Source of the DNA: Eledone cirrhosa
Lineage: Eukaryota
Assembly (NCBI GenBank): GCA_964016885.1
Contig: OZ024741.1
Span: forward strand, 199,454,001-199,518,000
Length of the DNA stretch: 64,000 nt
Direction: 5' to 3'
The position numbers were made by a program, and so were the translations under genes. The notes beneath the pieces were generated by a model that ran no database searches, was not told where the DNA came from, and was given only the letters and a program-made list of their open reading frames with translations. This document shows, piece by piece, positions 11,277 through 24,287 of the stretch (position 1 is the stretch's first letter; each line of letters begins with the position of its first letter).

Positions 11277-14264
11277 GTGTGTGTGTCCATGTCTACATTT
11301 ATGTTTGTGTCTGTCTGGGTTTATGTTCTCTAACTTAGTGGTTCAACAAAAAAGTGATTCATAAAATAAATACCAAAGTTGAAAAAAATAACTTCTAGGG
11401 TCGATTGATATAATTGACTACATCAAAATGAAGGTGGTGCTGTCTACTGACTGAAACAAGTAAAAGAATAAAAGAAACATAAATAACAATAAATTGACAT
11501 GTCAAAAACCTTTTACTCTCTCTATATATAAGTATTGTAGAATAATAATGCTCTTTCCAAATAAGTGATGTGTTAAAGAATTTTTTTTATTGTTGTTGGG
11601 TGGCCTTCTCTTTATCACTAATCAACTTCGCTCCATTGGTTTTGAAATAGTTGACTGAATGAAGCATTTAATGAGCACTTCCAACCATCATTGGGGTGGA
11701 TATGTATGATAGATATATGGAATCTGCATGAGAGAGACAATAAAAAGCTGTGGGAGATTTGATTGCTGCTGTGAGTAAGTTAAAGGAATAAATAGGCAGC
11801 TTCTCTGTTGGTCTGATAAAATATGCAATTTGTAAATGCTGTGACTCATACTTTGAAATATGAAACAGTAAAAACAAAGCAAGTATTGATTTTTCCCTAT
11901 TTAACCCTTTTGATACCAGTCTGCCCCAAACCAACTCTTGGTTCTATGAAACAAAATCACCCATTTTAAAGGGTTCCTATTTGAATTAAAATCTTCCAAC
12001 ATCATTTTATATAAGAACCATATGCTAAGTTACTATATTAAAAATGAAATAATAAATTTTGAACATATCTCAGCTTAAAATAAGCTGCTTCAATGCACCT
12101 TTTTTTTACTGTGAAAAATAGTCAAACACAGTGAGTTTATAAGCTTCTAGAAATGGAAAAAGAGGCCCAACACTTTTGACTATATTTCATAGTCAATAAA
12201 CCTGCATTGAAGCAGTGTACTTTAAGCTAACATACTTTCACAATTTACTCAATGAATACAATTGAACTAATTAATAAGTTTGGTAATTCTCTTAAAATCC
12301 TTCATTAATTATAAAATTTTCTTGGGTAAAACCGGAAGATATCACAGAGTTCTTTACACAAGTATAAGAATTTCTCCATGCCTGTCAATCATAATATTAT
12401 TTTAAATGTTAGGGCAAATGCTTTGTGGTATTTGTTCCCACTCTTTATGTTCAGAGTTCAATACCACTGGGATCAAAATTATCTTTCATCCTCCCTAGGT
12501 TGATAAAAAAAAAAGTAGCAGTCAAGTACTGGGATCGATATAATCAACTTTTCCCTTCCTCCAAAATTGTTGGCCTTGTGCCAAAATTAGGAACAATTAT
12601 ATTATTCTGTTTCAGTTATATATCCATATTTTTCATGGTGGAGATAATAGAACTACTTTATTTGGGGGTTTTTTTCTTCTCCTTCCTCCTTCCTGCTGTT
12701 CTCTTTTTGGTTCTTTCTTTGCCATCACAACTGTTTTACTTTAACCCTTTCACTACCACATTTCATATAAAATACACTATTTGAATTAATTACTTGAAAA
12801 TTTGGAGGGATTTACTAAATTTATTTCAATGAATGTATTTCTAACAAAAGGTTTATATATAGAATTACTTTAGGAGGCTTTAATTTAAATCAAAACCATT
12901 TGAAATAGATGGCTTTGTTCTATAGAAATAGATGTTAGGCAGGTTGTTATTGAAAGGATTAAGAAGGTAGGGTGTCATGTGTGGGAGATTTAGCTGCCAT
13001 TACTAGCAGGTTGAGTGACTACCTAGATGTTCCTTCATTGACTCAAAAACATCACAAAGGTCTAGGCTGGATTAAGTTCTTTTGAGGCTCTAAGCACTTA
13101 AAAGATTATGGTGTCCCTCCTTTCATAAAGTCTGCAAAAAAAAAAAGAAAAAATTGGTGGGAAATGACAAATGCATTTAATTTGAATAAAATGGTGCTCT
13201 TCTTCCCATGGTGCCCTAAGCATGTGATTATTTTGTTTGATAGTGAATCCAGCCTTGACAATGGTTCATAGGTTTTTAGTTTAGTCACCTATTTTTATAG
13301 TAAGCAGATGAGATATACGACATCTAGGTAATATGATAGACTATATAGTAGATAGAGGTAGTGAATTGGCAGAGTTGTTAAAACATCAGATAGAATGCTT
13401 TTCCCTATTCATTCTGGCTCACTGCACTCTGAGTTCAAATCTTGCCAATGTTAACTTTGCCTTTCATCTTTCCAAGGTTGATAATTAAAGTACCAGTATA
13501 GTACTGGGATCACTTCTTCCTCTGGATCTCTTCCTCATTTCCTCTCTATTACCTCTCACCTTCTCTGGAAGAAATCAGCTTTGTTCAGACCTAGAGAAGG
13601 GCCCTGCCAAGTTTAAATTGCCCAAGAAATGCTGTGTGCCACCACAGTGTCACTATGACTTAATTAGGAGTTACAGGTCCATATATACATATAGTTGATA
13701 ACCTTTTCCTAAGATGCCTGGCACCTATTTGCTGAAACTGGGTGGATTGGGACAGTGAAATTGAGGAGCCCCTATGTGGTATCTTGGACTGCTAGAAATA
13801 GCAGCCAATATCTCTAAAATCACAATCTTAGGAAAGGAAAGATCACATTAGATAATGTGATCCTTGATATGCTTGTAAAAAAAACACAATAGTCACTGAT
13901 TGGAATGGCTACTGGCATGTACTATATTTTTTATTACAATGTGTATTTGATATAGAATGTGCTATATTTGTATTATACTATATTATAATAGTATGTATAA
14001 AGTACCAGTAATGTACTGCGAAATTGCTGGCCTTGTGCCAAAAGTAGAAACAATTATTATAGTATGTATCATCATCATCATCATCGTTTAAGGTCTATCT
14101 TCCATGCTAGCATGGGTAGACGGGAATTGTCCCACTTGAGGCAAGATTGATCGGGTGATCGTGTTTCGCTCGTGTAGGACTGTATCTATGTACTATATTA
14201 TTATTATATGTACTATATTTGTTTTACCATAGAAAGTATTATCCTTTTTTTAAGTTATTACATC

Positions 14265-14860
14265 CACCGAGTAGGCAGACCCAGAAAAACCTGGGACGAG
14301 CTGATACATTCCGACCTCACACACTTACACTTTGTATTTAGGTAAGACCCGCCTTACCTAAATACAAAGTAAAACCTACTACAGTCAGTAGGCATCTCTA
14401 ACAAAATACACTCCTGTCCCACCACCCCCACCCCATCCACACCGCCCCTTTCAATGTAAAGTTATGTTGGTGCCACAACATCCAGGCCGAAACAAATGAG
14501 ATCGTGTAGGTGTCACGACAAAAAAACACACAGTCCACGCTGTAATGTGGCCGTGTAGGCAACACGGTAAAAACCTCCCAGCCCCACACTGTAAATGTGG
14601 TTGGTGTTAGGAAGGGCATCCAGCTGTAGAAAACCCGCCAGACAGTCCACGCTGTAATGTGGCCATGTAGGCAACATGGTAAAAACCTCCCAGCCCCACA
14701 CTGTAAATGTGGTTGGTGTTAGGAAGGGCATCCAGCTGTAGAAAACCCGCCAGACAGTCCTATGCGAGCAAGACAATCACTCTTGCCTCAACTGGGAAAA
14801 CCCCCGTCCAAACCCATGCAAGCGTGGAACACGGACGTTAAACGTTGATGATGATGATGA
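14265..14860 (+). mobile_element. 5'-truncated RTE LINE with long 3' UTR and (GAT)n tail
   Basis: GVGRPRKTWDELIHSDL coding remnant; ggttggtgttaggaagggcatccagc module duplicated in ~110-bp tandem (14530-14760); tail gacgttaaacgttgatgatgatga. Confidence 0.8.
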
Positions 14861-15979
14861 TTTGCCATTTGTTATGTGATAATGTTTTTGTTTTGCTTTG
14901 CAAACTTATAAACATAAGAGTTGTTTAATCAAGTTATTATTTATAGATCTTGAAATTCACTGATTATAAAGTATAATTCAGACCATGACAGCTAGTAATA
15001 TTAGTGAGTAGCAGACATTCTGATATTCAGTAAAACTACTCAACAACCATGACTGTAACCAAAATCTTCAATACTGTCACAAGATTAAAACTCAAATTAT
15101 AACCACTAGCTCCAAAAGAAGACATAGCATGTAAGAAACATTGTCCTTTACCACCTTCCATCAATGACTGAAAGTATCACTAAACACAATATTCAATGAC
15201 ATTACATAGAAGCACAAGTCATGACCTCTGATGACTTTTGATAGTAAAGTAAAGCATGATTTCTTCTTATGAATCCAGAATATATCATATCTCATCATCA
15301 GATGTAAGATTTGACTATCAAATAAACCGTGATTGATGTCATAAACCATTACTACCTCCTCTTGTGCACCTTTAACAGCCACTGATATCTTGACTAGTAG
15401 TGAAATTCAACATTCAAAGTGCTCTTTGAAGCAATCAACATATTTACATTCCCTGAAATCCTTTTTCATAACTGTATTTCTAATGAAATAACACTCTATT
15501 TCAATTAATTAATGATAAGTTTTGATGGATTTACTATCATTATTAATTATTTCCTTACTAAGATACTAACTTAATATATGAATCAAATTATGTTGGATGA
15601 CTTTAATTTAAATATATACCCTTTGAAATTGATGGTTTTGTTTCATAGAGCCAGAACAAGTTTGGGGTAGGCTGATATCAAAAGGGTTAATTCTTGTATG
15701 TCTCACAACACAAACACAGAGCATGCACACTCTATAAAATAACTGAAGCTGTCATGCTAGTGCAATCAACTCAAAATGGCTTGCTTTCCATGCAATACTT
15801 ACACATCAGTGATTTCCATAGTGTAATCAACATAACCAACTATTATATGATAAAAGTGTATTTTGATATCAAAATAGCCTGGGTTTTATATATTCAGTTT
15901 GCTCACTTGGGGCTTCTTTCCAAGAATTCAGTTGTGTATCCATTTTACCAAAATCAACCATTATTATTTAACAACACTA

Positions 15980-16506
15980 GGGTGGTGGATTGGCAGTATC
16001 GGTAGAGGGTCGGATGCCATGCTTTGACACATAGAGTTACGGCCCTTGCCATTCTGAGTTCAAATCCCACCGAGGTTAACTTTGCCTTTCATCCTTACGG
16101 GGTCGATAAAATAAAGTACCAGTAATGCACTGGGATAATTGCTGGCCTTGTGCCAAAAGTAGAAACAATTATTTAACAACACTAGGCGGTGGATTGGCAG
16201 TATCGGTAGAGGGTCGGACGCCATGCTTTGCAGCATAGAGTTTCGGCCCTTTAGGATCTGAGTTCAAATCCCGTCGAGGTTAACTTTGCCTTTCATCCTT
16301 ACGGGGTCGATAAAATAAAGTACCAGTAATTCACTGGATAATTGCTGGCCTTGTGCCAAAAGTAGAAACAATTATTTAACAACACTAGCTTCTGAGTTCA
16401 AATCCCGCTGAGGTTGACTGCCTTTCATCCTTACGAGGTCGATAAAATAAAGTACCAGTAATGCACTGGGTATTTGCTGGTCTTGTGCCAAAAAGTAGAA
16501 ACAATT
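15980..16506 (+). mobile_element. Three head-to-tail main-family SINEs (15980-16170, 16185-16373, 5'-truncated 16388-16506)
   Basis: Each copy is bounded by the same attatttaacaacact sequence, which occurs four times. Confidence 0.9.
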
Positions 16507-17173
16507 ATTATTTAACAACACTTGACTGAAGAATCCTATATTTACATGTTTGACATGACATCAGAAATACTTATCGGTCATGGTTTAAAGAAATAAAAAG
16601 TAATTAAAAAAAAAAAATGTTTAATGAAAAGAACAAGGAAAAGTTTTCAGAAGCTATTATTATTTGGGGTCTGTAAAGAACAGCTACATCAGTCATTGAT
16701 ATTTTTCTGTAACTTCTACTTTATTATACAAGTTAGCTTTGCAGAAAGATAAATTTATTAAAGTTAGTGTATGAAACTGAATTATTCAGTCTTTAGGCTT
16801 TTGGCAGGAGAAAAGATATAGTAAATCTTCAATGGGTTATAATATGGTTGCATAGCTTAAAAGTAGCATAGGCTTTATTGTAAAGTGGTATAGGCTATAT
16901 TTACTCAAAGAAAAATGCTGTCAGCTACAGTAGATTTACAAATAAAATAAATGAACATTTGAAATATTTCTATTTTCACATATGTATTAGGGTTGGGAGG
17001 AGAATTTTGATTTTCTTTTACTTTTGGTTCTGTAATCTTCATATATATATATATATGTGTGTGTGTGGTGAGGGTATGTAAAAGGTAAACAGAAATAATA
17101 AAAATAACAAAACAAATGGCACAATACATGGAAGAAATATATTAGTTTAACACTTGAAATAGCAGGAAGAGAG

Positions 17174-17208
17174 TCTTAGCGTTTTGGACACTAGTCCTTC
17201 ATCAGAAG
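17174..17208 (-). ncRNA. Degenerate minimal type I hammerhead-ribozyme motif (Penelope pLTR type)
   Basis: Minus strand TCTT CTGATGA A GGAC TAGT GTCC AAAA CG CT AAGA. Stem I, CUGAUGA and stem II are intact; GAAA and the UH site are mutated. Confidence 0.55.
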
Positions 17209-20200
17209 ATAGTTATAAATACAAAATAAATAGAAAGTAAAGAGTGATAAGAGGAAGGAACGGGGAAAAGGAGAAAAAAATGTGGGTGAAAAGAAACGTG
17301 TGTATTTAGTTGGATATATATATATATAACATTATATCATCATCACATATCTGTGTTTACACACATGCATGTGTTAGATGGACTGTTATGTTCTGAGGTC
17401 AAGTGACCATATCTTGCTTATACAGTCCATTTTTTATTTTGTTTCATATGGCTGGACACCCTTCCTAATGTCAACCGCTTTGCAGCATGGGTTGGGTGCT
17501 TTTTTGATGTGGCACCCTTACTGGGTGGCTAGATGAAAAGAAATGCTATTTCCAAATTCATTATAGGTTGTGTTATGCTATAAAAGATAAAGAAGAAACA
17601 CTACCATGGACATCTAAGATTTAATTTTTCTTTTATTTATGTTATTTAATGCTTTTACATTCCTAAAGCTAGTCTTTATATGATCTTTAGCTTGCAATTA
17701 TATGAAGGAGTTAATTTCTGAATAAGGAAGTTGTTATTTTCTCCCTTGCTAAATAAGGTCTTATAGATTTGTGTAGCCTTGTTTCAGTGACTTAGATAAC
17801 AATTGCTATTTGTGGTCTTACTTGACAGCTTTAAAGCTGTATTTCTTGACTGTGCTATCAATCTATATGAATGTTTGAGTAATTCAGTTAACTATTGCTA
17901 ATTTGGATTTTTTACACAGTTCTTTGACTAACTTAGTTAACTCTGCTGTGTTTCAGTGATTTTGATGGTGATTGTTAGGTAGCATCTTACTCTCTACATG
18001 ATTGGAGCTGTGTTTCAGTGATTTGGATATCTATAGCTAAATGTGTTCTTATTTTATAGAGCTGTAGCCATGTTTGAAGAGATCAGCCAATATTCAAATC
18101 ATATATCAGAAATATTTCCTATTTCATTTTCCTCTCATAAATCATAAAATATATCAAAGCCCTCCTCCCATTTATCAACTTAGTTGTTCTTATAAGTTTC
18201 AGATATTGCTTTTTTTATTTGGTTTTATTTTTGTTTTTGCTTTCTCGTCTGCAGAAGATTTGATTACATTAACTTTTAGAAGATTGTATTGAGCAGAATT
18301 GATTGATTCTTGTTATTTTTACCCCTACCCTTCTCCTCCTTCATCTTTCCCTTTTCTCTTTCAAAGATCAAAATTATTTCAGAATAAATGAACAAGCCTT
18401 AATATCAAAATGATTTTTTTTTTTTTTTTGGCAGCTGACATATAACTAAATAATGCTTTGGGTTGCAGATTTTCAAAAGAAGAGGACCGTTTGAGCTAGT
18501 TTGAAGTGTTTGTTACTATCTAGAGATTGATTTATTTTTTAATGTTTTTTTTTTCATACATGTGAAAGTATTAGGTAAAATTAGCATAAAAGATTTGATA
18601 GTAGTGGTAGCATTTTTCATTGCAGTAAGGTGATTCTTGTGATAGTGTGTGTATTGGTGATAATGCTGTTGTTGATGATCGTGTTTTTTGTTGTTTGTTT
18701 TTTGTGGTAGAGGTAGGTGGTTATTGTGTTGCTGATGGTATTTAGGAGCTGTGTTGTTGATATGAGAAGCTAATTCATAAACACTTCATTCTGTGTATAA
18801 TAATTAGGTGATGTTGTGAATGGTTATTGCCTATAGTCTGTGGGTCACATGATAATTGGATATTATTATAATATGAACAATGTCACTTTTCTATTAGCAA
18901 TGGTAAGGAATATTATTTGGTCTGTGGTGATTTGGTATTGTATATTGTCTATGGTGTGTGGGTAAAAAGCAGTAATTGGCAGAATCATTTGAATGTTGGC
19001 TAGAATGCTTTGTAATATTCATTCTTGCTCTCTGCATTCTTTGAGTTCAAATCCAGGTCAAATTTGCCTTTCATCCTTTCAAAATTGATGAAAAAATATA
19101 CTAATCATGTACTGGGGTTGTTTCTTCCTCTATATCTCTTTCTCACTGTCTTCCAATTGCTTTCTCTCTCTCAATCGATTAAAGAAAAGGTGGCTGAGTT
19201 GAGATCTTGAGAGGAGATAGGCTCCACCAGTTTTAAAATGCTCAACCCATAACTCCTAATGGGAGTCATCATAAGGGAGCCATCATGACATAGGGTTTGT
19301 CTTGAACAGATATTCCTGGCAGAACCTGTTTCATCTCCTGGTCGAAACACAGCCTGTTTCATCAAGAGACAGAGAGAGAGACATAGTGAGAAAGAATAGA
19401 TCCCTCTAGCCCACCCTAGTACTGGACTGTTACTTTCTTTATTCTCTTTGAAAGGAAGAAAGGCAAAGATAACCACAACAAGATTTGAACTCAGAGAGCC
19501 GAAATAAATAATACAAAGCATTCTGTCCAATGTTTTAATATACTGTCAATTCACGGATTTATTATATAATTAACATGTATTAGCATGCAGAGCTAAAGCT
19601 AAGTATCTCCTATGGACACAAAAAGACAACTGGAAACCACCCCAGTCAGCATTCAGCTTCAGAATAGAGTATTTAAATTGTCTTAGTCTGTTTTGTTATT
19701 GGACCCACTTTAGGGCCTAATTCAAGATATATGTGATATCTGATATAACAATAAATTCATCATACAAAAGATATCCAAAAAAGAATGAATATGTGGGGAT
19801 AAGAAAGTTAATTATATCAACCCCAGTACTTGACTGGTACTTTTAGTTTCTCAATCTCACAAAGATGAAAGGTAAAGTTGACCATGGTAGGATTTGAACT
19901 CAGAGCTTAGAAATACTGCAAAGCATTTTGTTTATCACTCACTCGATACTGCCAATCCCTCACCTTAATGGTGAGGGTGAGAATAATGGCAATGCTGCTG
20001 TGTTATACATTTCCTTATTGTCATTTAAATGCTGTAAGAAGAAAACATAATGTGGTTTTACTTATCCAAACTGTGTAGGTATGTAAGTATGATAGAGCCT
20101 GTGTATCAGAAGGTTAAATAGCTCAATAGCACATTTTTGTTTTTACTATTTATTATGAACATTGAGATCAGTGTTGAAATCTACCCAACTATCTCTACTG

Positions 20201-20893
20201 AGATGATAATCTGTTAGCTGGCTCCTGTTGTCTGCTTCCATTGACCAGTAAACCAGATCAAATTACTCACTCATCACAATAATCCTTTGATCTATATTTG
20301 CTGTAATAAATTGACAGTGATGATGTTGGTGGGAGTGGTGGTGGAGCTAGGCTGCTTAACCAATGTATTCAACATGGTGCAATTCCACCGGATTAAGAAA
20401 CAGCAATAGAGCCAGAATTTGGCAAAGTAACCATTTATAATACAGTTTAGGTCTTAGTATATAGTCTTACCTGAATTGATTACTTCAGGGTTTATTTTGA
20501 TTGTTTTTATGTCATTGAAGTTTATCCGTGTGTGTATGCACACTCATGTGTGTGGCAGCATTTATACCTATATTTTCTGTTTATTTCAATGTTTCTTGTA
20601 CATGGCTGACCTATCCTATAGGCAGTTACACGCATGTTTCCATAGTTGTGTCTGTTTTTGTATGTGTATGAAGTAATAGACAAAGGTATAGTTGAATGGC
20701 CAAGAAAATTTACTTTACAAATCTTGCCTTTCTATTGGACAACATCGGTGATGTGGAGAGGAGAGACTGGTATGCATGGGTGACTTCTAGTATTCTGCAA
20801 ACCACCTTGCCCGGACTTGTGCCTCGGAGGGGAACTTTCTAGGAGCAAATCCCATGGTCATTTGTGACCAAAGGGGTTCTTTACCCTTTACCC

Positions 20894-20932
<39 letters not shown>

Positions 20933-20938
<6 letters not shown>

Positions 20939-21372
20939 GGAAGCAGAAAATTGCTTATTGTGATCCAGTTCGTGGTTAAGAAAGCCAGTTTCATGGACGG
21001 TTTCAACGTATGGTTAGGGGTAACTCCACAAGTTTGTAAGAATTCCGTTCAATCTTGGAGTATAAAGTATAAAAGAGAAAACACAGGTAAGCATTAAGAG
21101 AAGGATTTTATCCAGGTATTTACGACCGTTTCATTGGTAAGTGCAACCTTATATTGCTATACTGCAAATAGCAGCCACTCAATGATAATTGTTGTTCACG
21201 TCCAAATTTTCAAAATAGACTCACTATTTTTAAAATTTGGACGTGAACAACAATTATCATTGAGTGGCTGCTATTTGCAGTATAGCAATATAAGGTTGCA
21301 CTTACCAATGAAACGGTCGTAAATACCTGGATAAAATCCTTCTCTTAATGCTTACCTGTGTTTTCTCTTTTA

Positions 21373-21376
<4 letters not shown>
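20933..21376. mobile_element. (TA)n-embedded element ending in a 311-bp palindrome
   Basis: Arms 21066-21218 and 21224-21376, one mismatch seen, 5-nt loop. TA tracts on both sides. Confidence 0.8.
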
Positions 21377-21407
<31 letters not shown>

Positions 21408-22657
21408 TCCTGTTGGCTAGCATCAGTGTAGTGAATGGAATCTTTAAAAACTCTTGGGAATACAAAAAAAAAGAAAACATCATCATCATCCTCGTTTTTA
21501 CATCCACTTTTCCATGCTGGACAGGATGTTTTAAGGCAATATTTTACAGTTGAGTGCCTTTCTTGAGGCCAGCCCCTTTTGTCGCCCCTTACAGTGTACA
21601 GGGATATGATTTACTTATTACAAAAACCAAGTTAAAAACAAAACAAGTATAGAGAAAAAATAATTAGGCTGTGAAATAGAAACAAGGGAAAATTTGACTT
21701 TTCAGGTAATGGTCTTTTGTCAGGAACCAGAAAAGCATGGATAAGTGGGTAAGAAGATTAAGTAGAGAGAAGTCAAAGTAAAAACAGTATGGTGAATGAA
21801 GAAGTGTGGAATCATGTCAAATGGTATTTTGAACCTGAAGAGTAAGGGCAAAGGTAGATAACCAAGAAGAGTAGATAAGATAGAATAGTTTATGTATGTC
21901 TGTATTCAGGGGAGTGCGTATTTGTGGGTCTGTGAGCATGTTATATCAATGTGTGTAAGTATGTGTGCTTTAGTCAGTAGAGTATATGCATATATAATGT
22001 GTAAATTTGCAAACTACACAGAATATATACACACCCCTACATATATAGTCTGCTCTTTCATACTTCCTCACTTATCTACTCTTCTCACTTATTTCCCCCT
22101 GTCTTCACATTTTTGGTTGTTAAACAGCATCCTACACATTTCTGCCCTTCATCTTCTCTCTTTCATTTACCATGTTGATTTGCTTTATTTTCTTGTCCTG
22201 TTTCTCCCCTGCTTTTATTCTGTTACCAATAAAAGATCACTGTCTGACATGTTAAATTTTCCAGGGTATCTTTTTCACATTGTAACTATATACTATCTAC
22301 TTTTCTTCATTGTTTTGTTGTTTTTCCCCCTAAAATTTCCCATATATATATATATATATAGTAGTATGGTATTATGTGTTTTTTGTAAAAGAACTGAAAA
22401 GCAATAACACAAATAGAAGGACCAAAGATAAGTTCAATATATGCACACTTGCAATATCTTGGAGAATAAATGTAAATGTATTAACATCATAAAGCAATCT
22501 ACATCATTAAGATGGGTGAAAATATTAAATTGAATGTTGCAATATATACAATGCTTTAACTTATTGGTATATGAATGATAATGTTTCTATTTATTTTTTA
22601 TATATATTTACATATATTTGAAGGATGTGTATGTATGTATCTATATAGATGTATGTA

Positions 22658-22693
<36 letters not shown>

Positions 22694-22882
22694 TGTGTGT
22701 GTATTGTTACTGTATTTTGTTCATGGGAACATGGCCTACAGATACAAATTAGAGTACACCAGATTCATCAAAGAACTGAAATGGAACTAATTCTGAAGAA
22801 CTAATATATGAATAAAATAGATATAAATATATGAATGGGTGTATCAAAACAGTATAAGCTTAGCTGACAGGCTAAGATTCAC

Positions 22883-22913
<31 letters not shown>

Positions 22914-23081
22914 TATATATGTACTTATATAATATAATATATATAATAATAATGAATATATGTACAGATAAAATTTGTTTGTGTAGATCAGTGTACAAAC
23001 AAAAATAAAACAAGTAAGTTTCTACACTTCTTTTCTATACTTCATGCTCAGTGTTTGTTTTCCCTATACATTTAAATATAT

Positions 23082-23149
<68 letters not shown>

Positions 23150-23173
23150 GATATATATATACATATGTATATC

Positions 23174-23212
<39 letters not shown>

Positions 23213-23214
<2 letters not shown>

Positions 23215-23412
23215 CGAAGGAAATGTGGTAAGGAACCAGGTGGACCATAATGCACCAAAGTACTCAATACTTAGGGTAGTAGAGTGAGTAATAGGAACAA
23301 GTAAGACCCTGACGGCTGAGCTCAAGCTGTTTCGACGGCTAATTCTGGACTGAGTCCAGAATTAGCCGTCGAAACGGCTTGAGCTCAGCCGTCGGGGTCT
23401 TACTTGTTCCTA
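23213..23412. mobile_element. (TA)n-embedded element ending in a 121-bp palindrome
   Basis: Palindrome 23292-23412 centred on 23352. The unique part gtggtaaggaaccaggtgg...aagtactc is shared, inverted, with 28759-28892. Confidence 0.8.
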
Positions 23413-23428
23413 AATATATATATATATA

Positions 23429-23820
23429 TCATCATCATCATCATCATCACCGTTTTACGTCCGTTCTTCCACGCTAGCATGGGTTAGACGGGTTGTCCTG
23501 TTGTGGGCAGTGTCTGGTCGGCTGACCATGCCTTGCTCATACAGGAACTGATCTGGCTTGATTTCTACAGCTGGATGCCCTTCCTAACACCAACCTCATT
23601 TACAGTGAGTGCTGGGTGCTTTTTCGTGGCGCCTACACGTCCACTTTACAGTGTGGGCTGGGTGCTTTTTTGCCGTGGCACCTCCACGACCACCTTGCGG
23701 TGGGGGGGGGGGGGGCATATTGTTTATATGCTTCAGCATGTACCCATGGGAGGTCGGGTACCCTGTATTACTGCGTGACGCCAGAAGTCACGGTCGTGTG
23801 TCACGCCAGAAGTCACGGTC
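23429..23820 (-). mobile_element. RTE 3' end with long 3' UTR, (CAT)n tail on + strand
   Basis: Near-identical reverse complement of 24385-24745. Minus strand reads [11 protein letters not shown]. Confidence 0.85.
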
Positions 23821-23923
23821 GTATATACATATGTATATATACATATGTATATACGTATATATATATACATATGTATATATACATATATACACACATATAT
23901 ATATATGTATATATACACATATA

Positions 23924-23977
<54 letters not shown>

Positions 23978-24007
23978 AAATGTTTTGCTCTACATGGCTG
24001 AATACAA

Positions 24008-24208
24008 TAAATGTAATCTGAGTTTTTCGAATATTAATATTAACATTCGATTTGTTTGCAATTATGCAAACAAACCTCAATTTTATAGCCATGTCAGTAG
24101 AATGAACACTTCACTCTACTGACATGGCTACAAAATTGAGGTTTGTTTGCATAATTGCAAACGAATCGAATGTTATTATTAATATTCAAAAAACTCAAAC
24201 TACATTTA
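24008..24208. repeat. Imperfect 201-bp palindrome between TA-rich tracts
   Basis: Centre gtcagtagaatgaa-cac-ttcactctactgac at 24108. Arms differ mostly by transitions. Confidence 0.85.
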
Positions 24209-24287
24209 CATATATATGTATATATACATATGTATATATGTATATATACATATGTATATATAGATATATAGATATGTATATATACAC

